This document shows, piece after piece, positions 56,600 to 64,000 of a DNA stretch of 64,000 bases (positions are counted from its first letter, which is position 1; every line of letters starts with the position of its first letter). The DNA is taken from positions 66,310 through 130,309 of the forward strand of contig CAMCMZ010000001.1 in assembly GCA_945876185.1 (NCBI GenBank), read 5' to 3'. The position numbers and the translations under genes were made by a program. The DNA is from Candidatus Kuenenia stuttgartensis (GTDB lineage: Bacteria; Planctomycetota; UBA11346). The notes beneath the pieces were generated by a model. The model saw nothing but the letters and a program-made list of their open reading frames with translations, was not told where the DNA came from and did no database searches.

Positions 56600-58231
56600 T
56601 CAGCCCAGATCGCGCGTCGCCTTGCGGATGATCGTCGTCGCGCGCACGTCGCCTTGTTTTTCGCAGAGCGCCGCCGCCTGGTCGAAGAACTGCTTGGCGG
56701 AGTCGCGCCGGCCGAGCAGACCGTGCGCGTTGCCGATGCCGACCAGGACCTTGGCGTGGATTTTTTCTTCCGGTTCCAGGTCGAGATCCTTGAGCGCGGT
56801 TTCGAACTGGGTCAGGGCGGCCTCGCCTTCGCGCAGCGCGAGATGGCACGAACCGATCTGGTAGCGCAGTTTCGCCCGGTCGTCGGGCTGGCGGTCACCG
56901 AGTCCCGTCAGGGCGCTGCCCAGGAACTCAATCGCCTCGTGGAACTGCCCACGCTTGGCCAGCAGCACGCCCAATGAATGCTGGGCGCGGATGCGTTCGC
57001 TGCGGTCTTCAGGTCGGGTGCAGACGCTGATCAGCCGGCGTAGGTGCGCCTCGGCCTCGCCCAGGGCGCCGCGCTCCTGCTGGATCTCGGCCATGGTGCC
57101 CAGCACCTTGAGCTGATCGCTGCGGTCGCCGAGCACTTTCAAAATCTCGACCCAGCGCTGCATGATCGCGAGCGCCTGTTCCGGTTCGCCGAGCGAGCGA
57201 TGCAGGTTGGCGAGCGCCGACAATGCCTGCTCCATGTGGGCGGGGTTGTTGTGCGCCTCGGCGGCGGCGAGCGACTGTTCGAAGGCGGCGCGCGCGGGTC
57301 CGGCGCGGCCGGCGCGGGCATTGGCGGCGCCGATCAGGTAGAGCGTGCGCGAGACGCCGTCGTGGTCGTCGACCGAGCGGCAGAGGTCAAGCGCGCGCTG
57401 GTAGCGTTCGATCGCCTGGTCGAGCTGGCCGCGCTTGACCTCGACCATGCCGACCCGGCGCAGGGTCTGGGCTTCCAGCATCGCGTTGCCGGCCTGGTGA
57501 TGCAGGGTCAGACAGCGTTCGTGCAAGGCGATGGCGGCGACATGGTCGCCACGATCGCGCTGCATGTCGGCGTAGCGCGCCAAGGTCTCGCCGGCTTCGA
57601 AGCCACGGCCGAGTTCCTGCGAAATCGCGGCCGAGGTCTCATAGTTTTCGCCCGCCTGCTGCGGTCGATCGGCGATCGCATGCGCCGCGCCCATCAGTTC
57701 GTGCACCAGGGCGCGTTGGATGCCCTTCTTGAAGGCGGTGAAGATCGCGAGCGCGCGGGTGAGCGCCGCCAGCGCCGGTTCGGCCTCGCGTCGGGCGATC
57801 AGGCAGCGAGCGAGGTCGACAAGGCACAGCGCGATCTGGACGTGGTCGTTGCGCTCCTCGGCCAGTTCGACCGCGCGCTTCAGCAGGCGCAGGGCCTGGT
57901 CGAAATCGCTCTGTTCGACCCAGGCGGCGCCGGCCAGGCCGGCGGCCTCGCCCGCATTCTTGGCGTCGCGGGCGGCTTCGAAGACGCGCAGGGCGTCGCC
58001 GAAGACCTGGCCCGCATCGGCGTGGTTGCCCGCCTTGGCGTGCAGCCGGCCGAGATCCATCAGGCATTCAGCGCGCCGGGTCGGCCAGCCGGCCTTTTCA
58101 AAGCCTTCGGCGGCGGCGCGGAAATGCGGCACGCCGGCGGCAAGCGCGGCGCCGGTCTTCTGCTCCAGGATGAGCAGACCCAAGCGGCGTTCGGACTGGG
58201 CGAGTTCTTCATGGTGCTGCTGGTCGGTCAT
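56600..58231 (-). CDS. cytoplasmic tetratricopeptide-repeat protein (543 aa)
   Basis: No signal peptide. About 12 regular ~40-residue repeats of the form A...L..A..I......D....A..L..LG.....G....A. Confidence 0.8.
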   Translation of the reverse strand: MTDQQHHEELAQSERRLGLLILEQKTGAALAAGVPHFRAAAEGFEKAGWPTRRAECLMDLGRLHAKAGNHADAGQVFGDALRVFEAARDAKNAGEAAGLAGAAWVEQSDFDQALRLLKRAVELAEERNDHVQIALCLVDLARCLIARREAEPALAALTRALAIFTAFKKGIQRALVHELMGAAHAIADRPQQAGENYETSAAISQELGRGFEAGETLARYADMQRDRGDHVAAIALHERCLTLHHQAGNAMLEAQTLRRVGMVEVKRGQLDQAIERYQRALDLCRSVDDHDGVSRTLYLIGAANARAGRAGPARAAFEQSLAAAEAHNNPAHMEQALSALANLHRSLGEPEQALAIMQRWVEILKVLGDRSDQLKVLGTMAEIQQERGALGEAEAHLRRLISVCTRPEDRSERIRAQHSLGVLLAKRGQFHEAIEFLGSALTGLGDRQPDDRAKLRYQIGSCHLALREGEAALTQFETALKDLDLEPEEKIHAKVLVGIGNAHGLLGRRDSAKQFFDQAAALCEKQGDVRATTIIRKATRDLG

Positions 58232-58498
58232 GACGGCTCCTCTCCCAAGAGATCGCGATGCCGGAGCATGGCCGATCCTGCCCGCAAGTCATCCGGCAAG
58301 CGATCCCCGCACCGGGTGGTGTCGGGAGCACGGTGGTCGGGACGTTCAGGAGGCGTCGCGGGTGCGCCCCTGTCGGGTTTCTGGACTGATGCGAGGGGGG
58401 CACGCAGCTCCCATTTGTGCGAACCTGCGCATTCTGGACATGGAAATCCGGGCGTACCGCCTAGGGTGCTGCGCGCATCTTCAGACCGGGGACCCGTC

Positions 58499-59542
58499 AT
58501 GACCGCCGCTATGTCCGCGCCTGCTTCCGCGCCAACCGCCATCCGCTGGTACCACAGCCCGGTATCGCGCGAGGACCTGCGCGACCTCCTGCGCCGCGAC
58601 AATCGCCTGGCCTGGGCCCAGACCCTGGGCTTTCTGCTGCTCATGGTCTTCACCGGTGGGGCGGTTCTGGCGGCGGGATTCACAGGGGTGTGGTGGGCGG
58701 TGCCGTTGCTGTTGCTGGTGCATGGCACCTGCACGCATTTCCTCATCAACGCCGTGCACGAACTCGGCCATGAGACCGTGTTCTCGAGCCGGTGGCTCAA
58801 CCGCTTCTTCGCTGCGCTCTTCGCCTTCCCGGGCTGGATCAACCATCTTCACTTCGACGCCAGCCATTCCCGGCACCACCGCTACACGCTGCACCAACCC
58901 GATGATCTTGAGGTGGTCGTGCCCATCCGTCTGACCCTGGCTGATTTCCTGCGCATCGCCGTGTTTGATGCCAAGCACCCGTGGGAGGAGTTCAGCAAGG
59001 CGCTGCGTTACGCGCGCGGCGGCTTCATCGGGCCGTGGAACGCGACGATCTTCCCTTCCGACAAGCCCGACGATCGCGTTCCGGTGGTGCGCTGGGCGCG
59101 GTGCCTGATCGCCGGCCACCTGCTGATCCTTGCCGCCGCCGTCGCGCTGGCCTGGTTCCACCACCTGGCCTGGCTGCTGCTGCCGCTGGTCGTGAGCTTC
59201 CCGAACATGTGGGGCGGTTGGCTGCAATGGCTCTGCAACAATCCCCAGCATGCCGGCATGGAGGATCGCGTCCCCGACGCTCGCCGCTGCTGCCGCACCA
59301 TCCTCCTCAATCCGGCGCTGCAATTCCTTTACTGGCACATGAACTACCACATCGAGCACCACATGTTCGCCGCCGTGCCCTGCTACCACCTCGGCCGGCT
59401 CCACCGCCTGATCCGTTCAGATCTGCCCGCCTGCCCGGTTGGTCTGGTCGCCACCTGGCGTGAGATCCTCGCCATCCAGCTCCGCCAGCAGGCGGATCCG
59501 CTCTGGCGGCCGCAGGTCATTCTGCCTGCCGCTACGGTCTGA
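58499..59542 (+). CDS. membrane fatty acid desaturase family protein
   Basis: ORF 57044..59542. Start at ATG 58499, because the upstream part is antisense to the TPR gene. Three His boxes: HELGH, HSRHH, HIEHH. Confidence 0.85.
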   Translation: MTAAMSAPASAPTAIRWYHSPVSREDLRDLLRRDNRLAWAQTLGFLLLMVFTGGAVLAAGFTGVWWAVPLLLLVHGTCTHFLINAVHELGHETVFSSRWLNRFFAALFAFPGWINHLHFDASHSRHHRYTLHQPDDLEVVVPIRLTLADFLRIAVFDAKHPWEEFSKALRYARGGFIGPWNATIFPSDKPDDRVPVVRWARCLIAGHLLILAAAVALAWFHHLAWLLLPLVVSFPNMWGGWLQWLCNNPQHAGMEDRVPDARRCCRTILLNPALQFLYWHMNYHIEHHMFAAVPCYHLGRLHRLIRSDLPACPVGLVATWREILAIQLRQQADPLWRPQVILPAATV

Positions 59543-59614
59543 TCCGCAATGGCAGAGTCGAACCGCTGTGCTTCGCAGCATTGCCGTGCCGGGGCCGCAG
59601 CTAGCCTGCCGGCC

Positions 59615-60208
59615 ATGAACAAAATCCTCGCCCCCGTCGCCGTCCTGCTCGCCACCACGCCCGTGCTTCTCGGTCATCCTGGCCATGGCGAGAGCGGCGT
59701 CGCCGCCGGCGCGATGCATCCGCTCCACGGTCTCGACCACATCCTGGCGATGATCGCGGTCGGCCTGATGGGCGTGCGCTGCGCCACCGGGCCGATGGGA
59801 AACCGGCATGCGCTCTGGCTGGTACCGGCCACATTCATGGCCGCAATGGCGGCCGGATCGGGTCTCGCGCTCGCCGGTGTGCCGATGCCGGGCGTCGAAT
59901 GGGGCATCGCGCTGTCGGTGCTGGTGTTCGGCGTGATTGTCGCGCTCGGCACCGCACCGCGCACCTGGGTCGCCTGCCTGGTCGCGGGGGCGTTCGCCCT
60001 CCTGCATGGCCACGCCCACATCGCCGAGATGGGCGACACCAGTGTCCTGGCCTACATGGGCGGCTTCCTGGCCACCACAGGCCTGCTCCACGCCGGTGGC
60101 GTCCTTGCCGGCTGGTGCATCGCCCGCGCTTGGAGCACCAGCATCGTCCGCCTCGCCGGGGCCGGCGTCGCCCTGGCCAGCTTTTGTCTGTTCGCCGCCC
60201 TCGTCTGA
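59615..60208 (+). CDS. HupE/UreJ family metal (Ni/Co) transporter accessory protein
   Basis: Start at ATG 59615 (MNKILAPVAVLLATTPVLLGHPGHGE). HPLHGLDHILAMIAVGL followed by six hydrophobic helices. Confidence 0.8.
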   Translation: MNKILAPVAVLLATTPVLLGHPGHGESGVAAGAMHPLHGLDHILAMIAVGLMGVRCATGPMGNRHALWLVPATFMAAMAAGSGLALAGVPMPGVEWGIALSVLVFGVIVALGTAPRTWVACLVAGAFALLHGHAHIAEMGDTSVLAYMGGFLATTGLLHAGGVLAGWCIARAWSTSIVRLAGAGVALASFCLFAALV

Positions 60209-60258
60209 CGTTCGGGCCGTGGGCGTGCCAGCCCACCCGACCCTTGGAGATCAAAGCC

Positions 60259-60299
60259 AAACGACAAAACGCACGGCATTACCGTGCGTTTTGTCGTTT
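60259..60299. terminator. bidirectional terminator-like hairpin between hupE and tRNA-Leu
   Basis: Perfect 18 bp stem AAACGACAAAACGCACGG / CCGTGCGTTTTGTCGTTT with a 5 nt loop. It lies 6 nt from the tRNA-Leu 3' end. A T-run follows on the minus strand (TTTGGCTTTG). Confidence 0.6.
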
Positions 60300-60305
60300 G
60301 CGTCG

Positions 60306-60389
60306 TGCCCGGGACAGGACTCGAACCTGCACGCTTTTGAGGGCGCTAGGACCTGAACCTAGTGCGTCTGCCAATTCCGCCACCCGGGC
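60306..60389 (-). tRNA. tRNA-Leu (anticodon CAG), class II with long variable arm
   Basis: Reverse complement reads GCCCGGGTGGCGGAATTGGCAGACGCACTAGGTTCAGGTCCTAGCGCCCTCAAAAGCGTGCAGGTTCGAGTCCTGTCCCGGGCA. Acceptor stem GCCCGGG/CCCGGGC. Anticodon stem CTAGG/CCTAG with loop TTCAGGT. T arm CAGGTTCGAGTCCTG. Confidence 0.9.
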
Positions 60390-60509
60390 TGGACGGCGAG
60401 GCGCGGAAGCTAGGGTCACTTCCATGCTGATCAAGCGGATGTCTTTCGCGACGGGGCGGCGGAGGTCATCCGACCCGAGGCGACAGCGGTCATCCGACCC
60501 GGGGCGACC

Positions 60510-61292
60510 ATGCGCCTGAAACCGCCCGGCGGCCTGGTGCATGCGATCGCCTGGGGTCTGACCCGCTCGCTCACCTTCCATACCTACGGCGTCGCCAACC
60601 TGCGCCGCGCGGCGGCGATGTCGCCCACGGGTTCGATCGTGGCGTGCCTGTGGCATCAGAGCCTCTTCGCCGCGATCGGCGGCAACGACGCCATGAACCG
60701 GCGCGGCATCCGCGTCGCTGCGCTCGCCAGCCTGTCCGGCGACGGCGCGATCATCGCGGACTACCTCAAACGCATCGGCATCCGCCCGATCCGGGGTTCA
60801 TCGGCGCGTGGCGGCGCGCGCGCGGCCAAGGAACTCATGCAGGCGATCGACGAGGGCTGGCTGCTCGCGATCGCCCTCGACGGCCCGCGTGGCCCGTGGA
60901 AGGAAGCCAAGACCGGTCCGCTCGAACTCGCCCGCCGCCACCGCCTGCCGATCCTGCCGGTCGCCGCCCGCGCCACGCGCGAACTCTGCTTCAAGCGTTC
61001 GTGGGATCGCTTCCGCCTGCCCCTGCCGCGCGCCCACGTCGCGCTGTGCTACGGCGAACCGTACCTGCTGCCCGAGGCCGAACCCGACGCCGCTGAACTT
61101 GAGCGCCGCCGCCGCACCCTGGCCACCCAGATCAATGGCCTGGAGGCCTTCGCCTCGCGCCTGGCCCATCGGCGCGACCTCGGCCCGCCGGCGCACGCGC
61201 TGGCGTGGATGCACGCCGCAGAACGGTCGGAACCGGAACCCAGGCCTGGGGTGGAGTCGTCTCCGGCAGGGGCAGGATCCGCTCATGGCTGA
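60510..61292 (+). CDS. DUF374 / lysophospholipid acyltransferase-superfamily protein
   Basis: 260 aa. ACLWHQSLFAA....ALASLSGDGAIIADYLKRIGIRPIRGSSARGG..A..E....I..G....IALDGPRGP is the DUF374 pattern usually found in LPS/Kdo contexts. Confidence 0.7.
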   Translation: MRLKPPGGLVHAIAWGLTRSLTFHTYGVANLRRAAAMSPTGSIVACLWHQSLFAAIGGNDAMNRRGIRVAALASLSGDGAIIADYLKRIGIRPIRGSSARGGARAAKELMQAIDEGWLLAIALDGPRGPWKEAKTGPLELARRHRLPILPVAARATRELCFKRSWDRFRLPLPRAHVALCYGEPYLLPEAEPDAAELERRRRTLATQINGLEAFASRLAHRRDLGPPAHALAWMHAAERSEPEPRPGVESSPAGAGSAHG

Positions 61293-62814
61293 CCGCGCTC
61301 CGATCGATCACGATCAACCCCGAGCCCGCTTCCGCTGGAGCGTGGTCAGCATCGCGTGGACCATCTTCGTCATTCTGCTCGTCACGGTGATCGCCGCCGT
61401 CATCACCCGCTCGATCCTGATGGACCGCTATCAAGCCGAACTCGCCCAGGTCCGCGCCGAGATCAAGGCCGCCGGGCTTCCGACCACGATTGAAGAAATC
61501 ATCCCCAAGCCCGTGCCCGAGGCCGAGGACGCGGCGCCGCTTTGGTACCAGGTGTTTGGGATCATGACGGCGGGGACGTTTTCGACCGCGAAACGGGCCC
61601 GGATCACCACCGCCAAATCAATCGAGGCGATGCTGGAGGATTCTAACGAACCCGCTGAAAAAGCTAACAAGCGGACGAGAAAGGACCTGCCGTCACCTGA
61701 AGATGCCGCACTTTTCCTGGCACGTCAGGATGCGGTCCCGGAACTGTGGAGCCTGGCCGCAGAGGCCTCGCGCCGGCCGTATTGCCGGTTTCACAGGGAT
61801 TGGACCACCGGAGCCTATGTCCACATGCCGGAAACATCTCAGGTGACGATGCTCGGCAAACTTCTGATCTGGCGCGCGCGTTGCCAGTTTGCGCTGAACC
61901 AGGATGAATCAGCAATGCAGACTTTGGTCATTTTGCCAGGCGCAGCGCGGCATTTCCGAAATGAACCGCAACTGATCTCCAGCTTGATCGGAAGGGCGCT
62001 GGATGGACGAGTACGTGGTGAACTCCAGCGAATCCTGGAGATTCGTCTAGTGCGTATTCCCAACGACATACACGAGTCGGTCCTGTCTCTAGCCGATGAT
62101 CGTGGGAGTCGCCTTTTGGCGTGCGACGGAGAACGCATTATCTTGGGAGATTGGGCCTTCGAGCAAATTGAGAGCGACAAGGTGAAGCTATCGGGGATCG
62201 TCAAGATGTCGGATTTTTTGGGCGGAGGATCTGTTGAACATTGGTGGAACGAGGCGGTCTGGTGGGTCCGTGATTCCTGGTTCGGAAAGCCGTTGATCTA
62301 CCACGATCACGCGGCTTTTTTGAGATTGATGATGCAATACCGGAAGACGATCCAAGAGTCGGGGTCCAGGTCCGGCGAGAATCCCGGTCTTCAGAGTGGA
62401 TCCACGGTCTCCACGTCCGGTCCTCACCTGTGCTGTGGCAATGCAGTATCCCCTATGTGCATCACCCCGGTCACCAGCACGCTTTCCTCAGGTTGGATCT
62501 CTGTGATGCGCCTAGATCAGAAAGAAACGCTTCTGAACACCCAATGCCGTTTTTCCCTGGCTCTCGCAGCGGTGGCTCATCGCGAGGGACAATTCCCAAC
62601 CGACCCCCAGGCAATCGGTATCCTCATTCCACCCGGTCTGACCTACATCCGCGACGGCGACCGCGCGATCATCGGTTTCGATGCCGACATGGCCAAGCAA
62701 TGCAACATCCCGCCGATGAGCCTGATTCCGGAAACCGACAAGAGCAAGGAATCCACGCGCAAACGCTTCCTCTGGTACCTCGCCGCCCCGAACCAGGGGA
62801 AGTCTTCCCCGTAG
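61285..62814 (+). CDS. hypothetical N-terminally anchored protein
   Basis: ORF 60808..62814. Start at ATG 61285, with an 8 nt overlap onto the DUF374 stop. TM segment WSVVSIAWTIFVILLVTVIAAVI followed by a helical region. No recognisable domain. Lower GC in the second half. The TAG stop lies in the GTAG of a REP-like element. Confidence 0.55.
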   Translation: MADRAPIDHDQPRARFRWSVVSIAWTIFVILLVTVIAAVITRSILMDRYQAELAQVRAEIKAAGLPTTIEEIIPKPVPEAEDAAPLWYQVFGIMTAGTFSTAKRARITTAKSIEAMLEDSNEPAEKANKRTRKDLPSPEDAALFLARQDAVPELWSLAAEASRRPYCRFHRDWTTGAYVHMPETSQVTMLGKLLIWRARCQFALNQDESAMQTLVILPGAARHFRNEPQLISSLIGRALDGRVRGELQRILEIRLVRIPNDIHESVLSLADDRGSRLLACDGERIILGDWAFEQIESDKVKLSGIVKMSDFLGGGSVEHWWNEAVWWVRDSWFGKPLIYHDHAAFLRLMMQYRKTIQESGSRSGENPGLQSGSTVSTSGPHLCCGNAVSPMCITPVTSTLSSGWISVMRLDQKETLLNTQCRFSLALAAVAHREGQFPTDPQAIGILIPPGLTYIRDGDRAIIGFDADMAKQCNIPPMSLIPETDKSKESTRKRFLWYLAAPNQGKSSP

Positions 62815-63090
62815 CGCCGGCTTCAGCCGGCACAGCGTTTCGCTGCGTCTTGTCCATGCCGACTGAAGCCGGCGTTGGGGATTGGTCATCTGTACGAAGT
62901 GGTCAGGCAATCCGGCCATGGCCGCTCACGATCACTCCGCAATAGTTCGATTTTCGGGCCATGGCCGGATCGCCTCGGGACGAGCGGCCGGTTGGAAACC
63001 GGCGGTCCCAGACGCAAGCGTTCTCGTTGGCTTTTGTCGCTTATCGACGCGAAGGGCCGATTCCTCGAGCCGGCTCAAGCCGGCGCTACG
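62811..63090. repeat. second mosaic repeat cluster bounded by inverted GTAG-headed REP-like hairpins
   Basis: GTAGCGCCGGCTTCAGCCGGCAC (62811-62833). Inverted partner ATGCCGACTGAAGCCGGCGTTGG (62856-62878). GCCGGTTGGAAACCGGCGGTCCCAG (62987-63011). GCCGGCTCAAGCCGGCGCTAC (63069-63089). It fills the whole convergent spacer. Confidence 0.9.
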
Positions 63091-63832
63091 CGCGCAGCAG
63101 CCGATATTTCCGTGCGGCATAGCGCGCCGAGGCCAGGCTCCAGCGCCAGCCGTCGAGGCCGCTGAGGATGTAGCCGCGTGCCAGCCATTCGCGCAGGAAG
63201 GCGCCGATCGCCGCGATTGGTGGTTTCCACGCGGCGGCGCGCTTGCCGGCGGCGCGGGCGGTCTCGGCCCAGGTGGCGGCGTAGCGGTCGTGGCGGCGGG
63301 CGCAGTCGTCCCAGTCGCGGTAGGTCAGGTGGTCGAGGATGCCGTCCAGGTGGCCGACCGGGCCGTCGCTCTGCACGGATTCGTGCACTTTCACGGGGCT
63401 GAAGCGGGCGCAGCGGCGGTCGTAGAGCCGCACCTGAAGATCCCAGCCCCACGGCCAGTGCTTGAGCGAGCGGCCGCCGACGTAATTGCGCCGGCGTACG
63501 GTGTAGGCCGAGTTTTTCGGCGTGTCGCCAAGCGCAGCGATGGCTGCGGCCAATGCGGGATCGACGCGTTCATCCGCATCGAGGTTGAAGATCCAGTCAT
63601 TGCGGGCGATGGCGGCGGCGCGGTTCTTGTGTGGGCCGAATCCCTGCCAGGGCTCATTCGCGACCACCGCCCTGGCGGCGCGGGCAAGATCCGGCGTCGC
63701 ATCGGTCGAACCGGAATCGAGCACCACGACCTCATCCGCCCAGGTCACGCTCGCCAAGGCCGCCGGCAGGCGTTCGGCCTCGTTCAGGGCGATGATGGTC
63801 ACGGTTACGCGCGGCATGGGCCGGGACGACAC
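63086..63832 (-). CDS. family 2 glycosyltransferase (LPS-core-type)
   Basis: 248 aa (alternative start ATG 63817). VTIIALNEAERL...VVVLDSGSTDAT...IFNLDADERV are the GT-A fold motifs. The TAG stop lies in the GTAG of a REP-like element. Confidence 0.8.
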   Translation of the reverse strand: MSSRPMPRVTVTIIALNEAERLPAALASVTWADEVVVLDSGSTDATPDLARAARAVVANEPWQGFGPHKNRAAAIARNDWIFNLDADERVDPALAAAIAALGDTPKNSAYTVRRRNYVGGRSLKHWPWGWDLQVRLYDRRCARFSPVKVHESVQSDGPVGHLDGILDHLTYRDWDDCARRHDRYAATWAETARAAGKRAAAWKPPIAAIGAFLREWLARGYILSGLDGWRWSLASARYAARKYRLLRA

Positions 63833-64000
63833 CGGTGCGCAGCGTGAAGTCCAGGGATCGTTCCCGCTGCGGCCGTTCTTAGCCGGAATCCTTCCTTGCT
63901 GGCGTCGCCCCTTGTCGGCCTAGCCAGAGCGCGACGATCCCGCCATGTCCGAGATGCGCGCCTTCGTGGTTGAGTTAGCCAAGCACGGCGGGCGGATCGC

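Noticed and set aside
57044-58498. 5' 485 codons of the 832 aa ORF containing the desaturase
   Set aside because: This stretch is antisense to the 543 aa TPR gene. The desaturase starts at ATG 58499, after a 267 nt divergent spacer.
63944-64000. Partial plus-strand ORF at the window edge (MSEMRAFVVELAKHGGRI...)
   Set aside because: Only 19 codons are visible. The resemblance to inositol-monophosphatase-family N-termini is too weak to call.

Overview
This is a high-GC (visibly about two-thirds G+C) chromosomal segment with about 40 protein genes, 2 tRNAs and dense short intergenic repeats. The Planctomycete-type cytochrome c domain, the giant TPR and Calx-beta proteins and the MYXO-CTERM-like tail suggest a PVC-group bacterium (Planctomycetota/Verrucomicrobiota); that placement is inference only.

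Gene order:
- chrA (5' cut), SGNH hydrolase, CorA-like channel, radical SAM protein, Phd/VapC toxin-antitoxin pair, large MCP.
- A five-gene minus-strand operon: TPR (1523 aa), TPR (1170 aa), ExbB-like, ExbD, and a membrane-anchored prenyltransferase/squalene-oxidase-repeat protein.
- Zinc-ribbon/PA14 protein, then the co-directional chain mutL-NUDIX-feoA-feoB-small Cys-rich ORF.
- trxB, miaA, and a 2927-aa metzincin/PKD/Calx-beta surface protein.
- GH20-anmK-murQ (peptidoglycan recycling), an RND efflux pair, gltX, a PSCyt1/DUF2231 protein, yqgE.
- tRNA(CAT), a lower-GC accessory block (secreted propeller-like protein, AraC, PhyH dioxygenase, URO-D-fold protein), a TPR protein, a fatty acid desaturase, HupE/UreJ, tRNA-Leu(CAG).
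- A DUF374 protein, a hypothetical anchored protein and a GT2 glycosyltransferase.

Most notable observations:
1. The ExbBD motor operon has no TonB/TolA. A TonB-like anchored alpha/alpha-toroid protein sits in the transducer position.
2. There are two families of REP-like hairpin repeats. One has a fixed CCTGGGA(C/G)CGCC flank and covarying stems. The other is GTAG-headed and sits exactly on gene stop codons.
3. The giant protease-adhesin carries a C-terminal sorting-type tail.
4. murQ carries an in-frame 54-codon insertion.
5. The GH20/anmK junction is duplicated, creating a stop-start coupled mini-ORF.

All calls come from reading the translations and the DNA by eye. No searches were run. 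Start codons are inferred, and many long ORFs in the track are antisense shadows typical of high-GC DNA.
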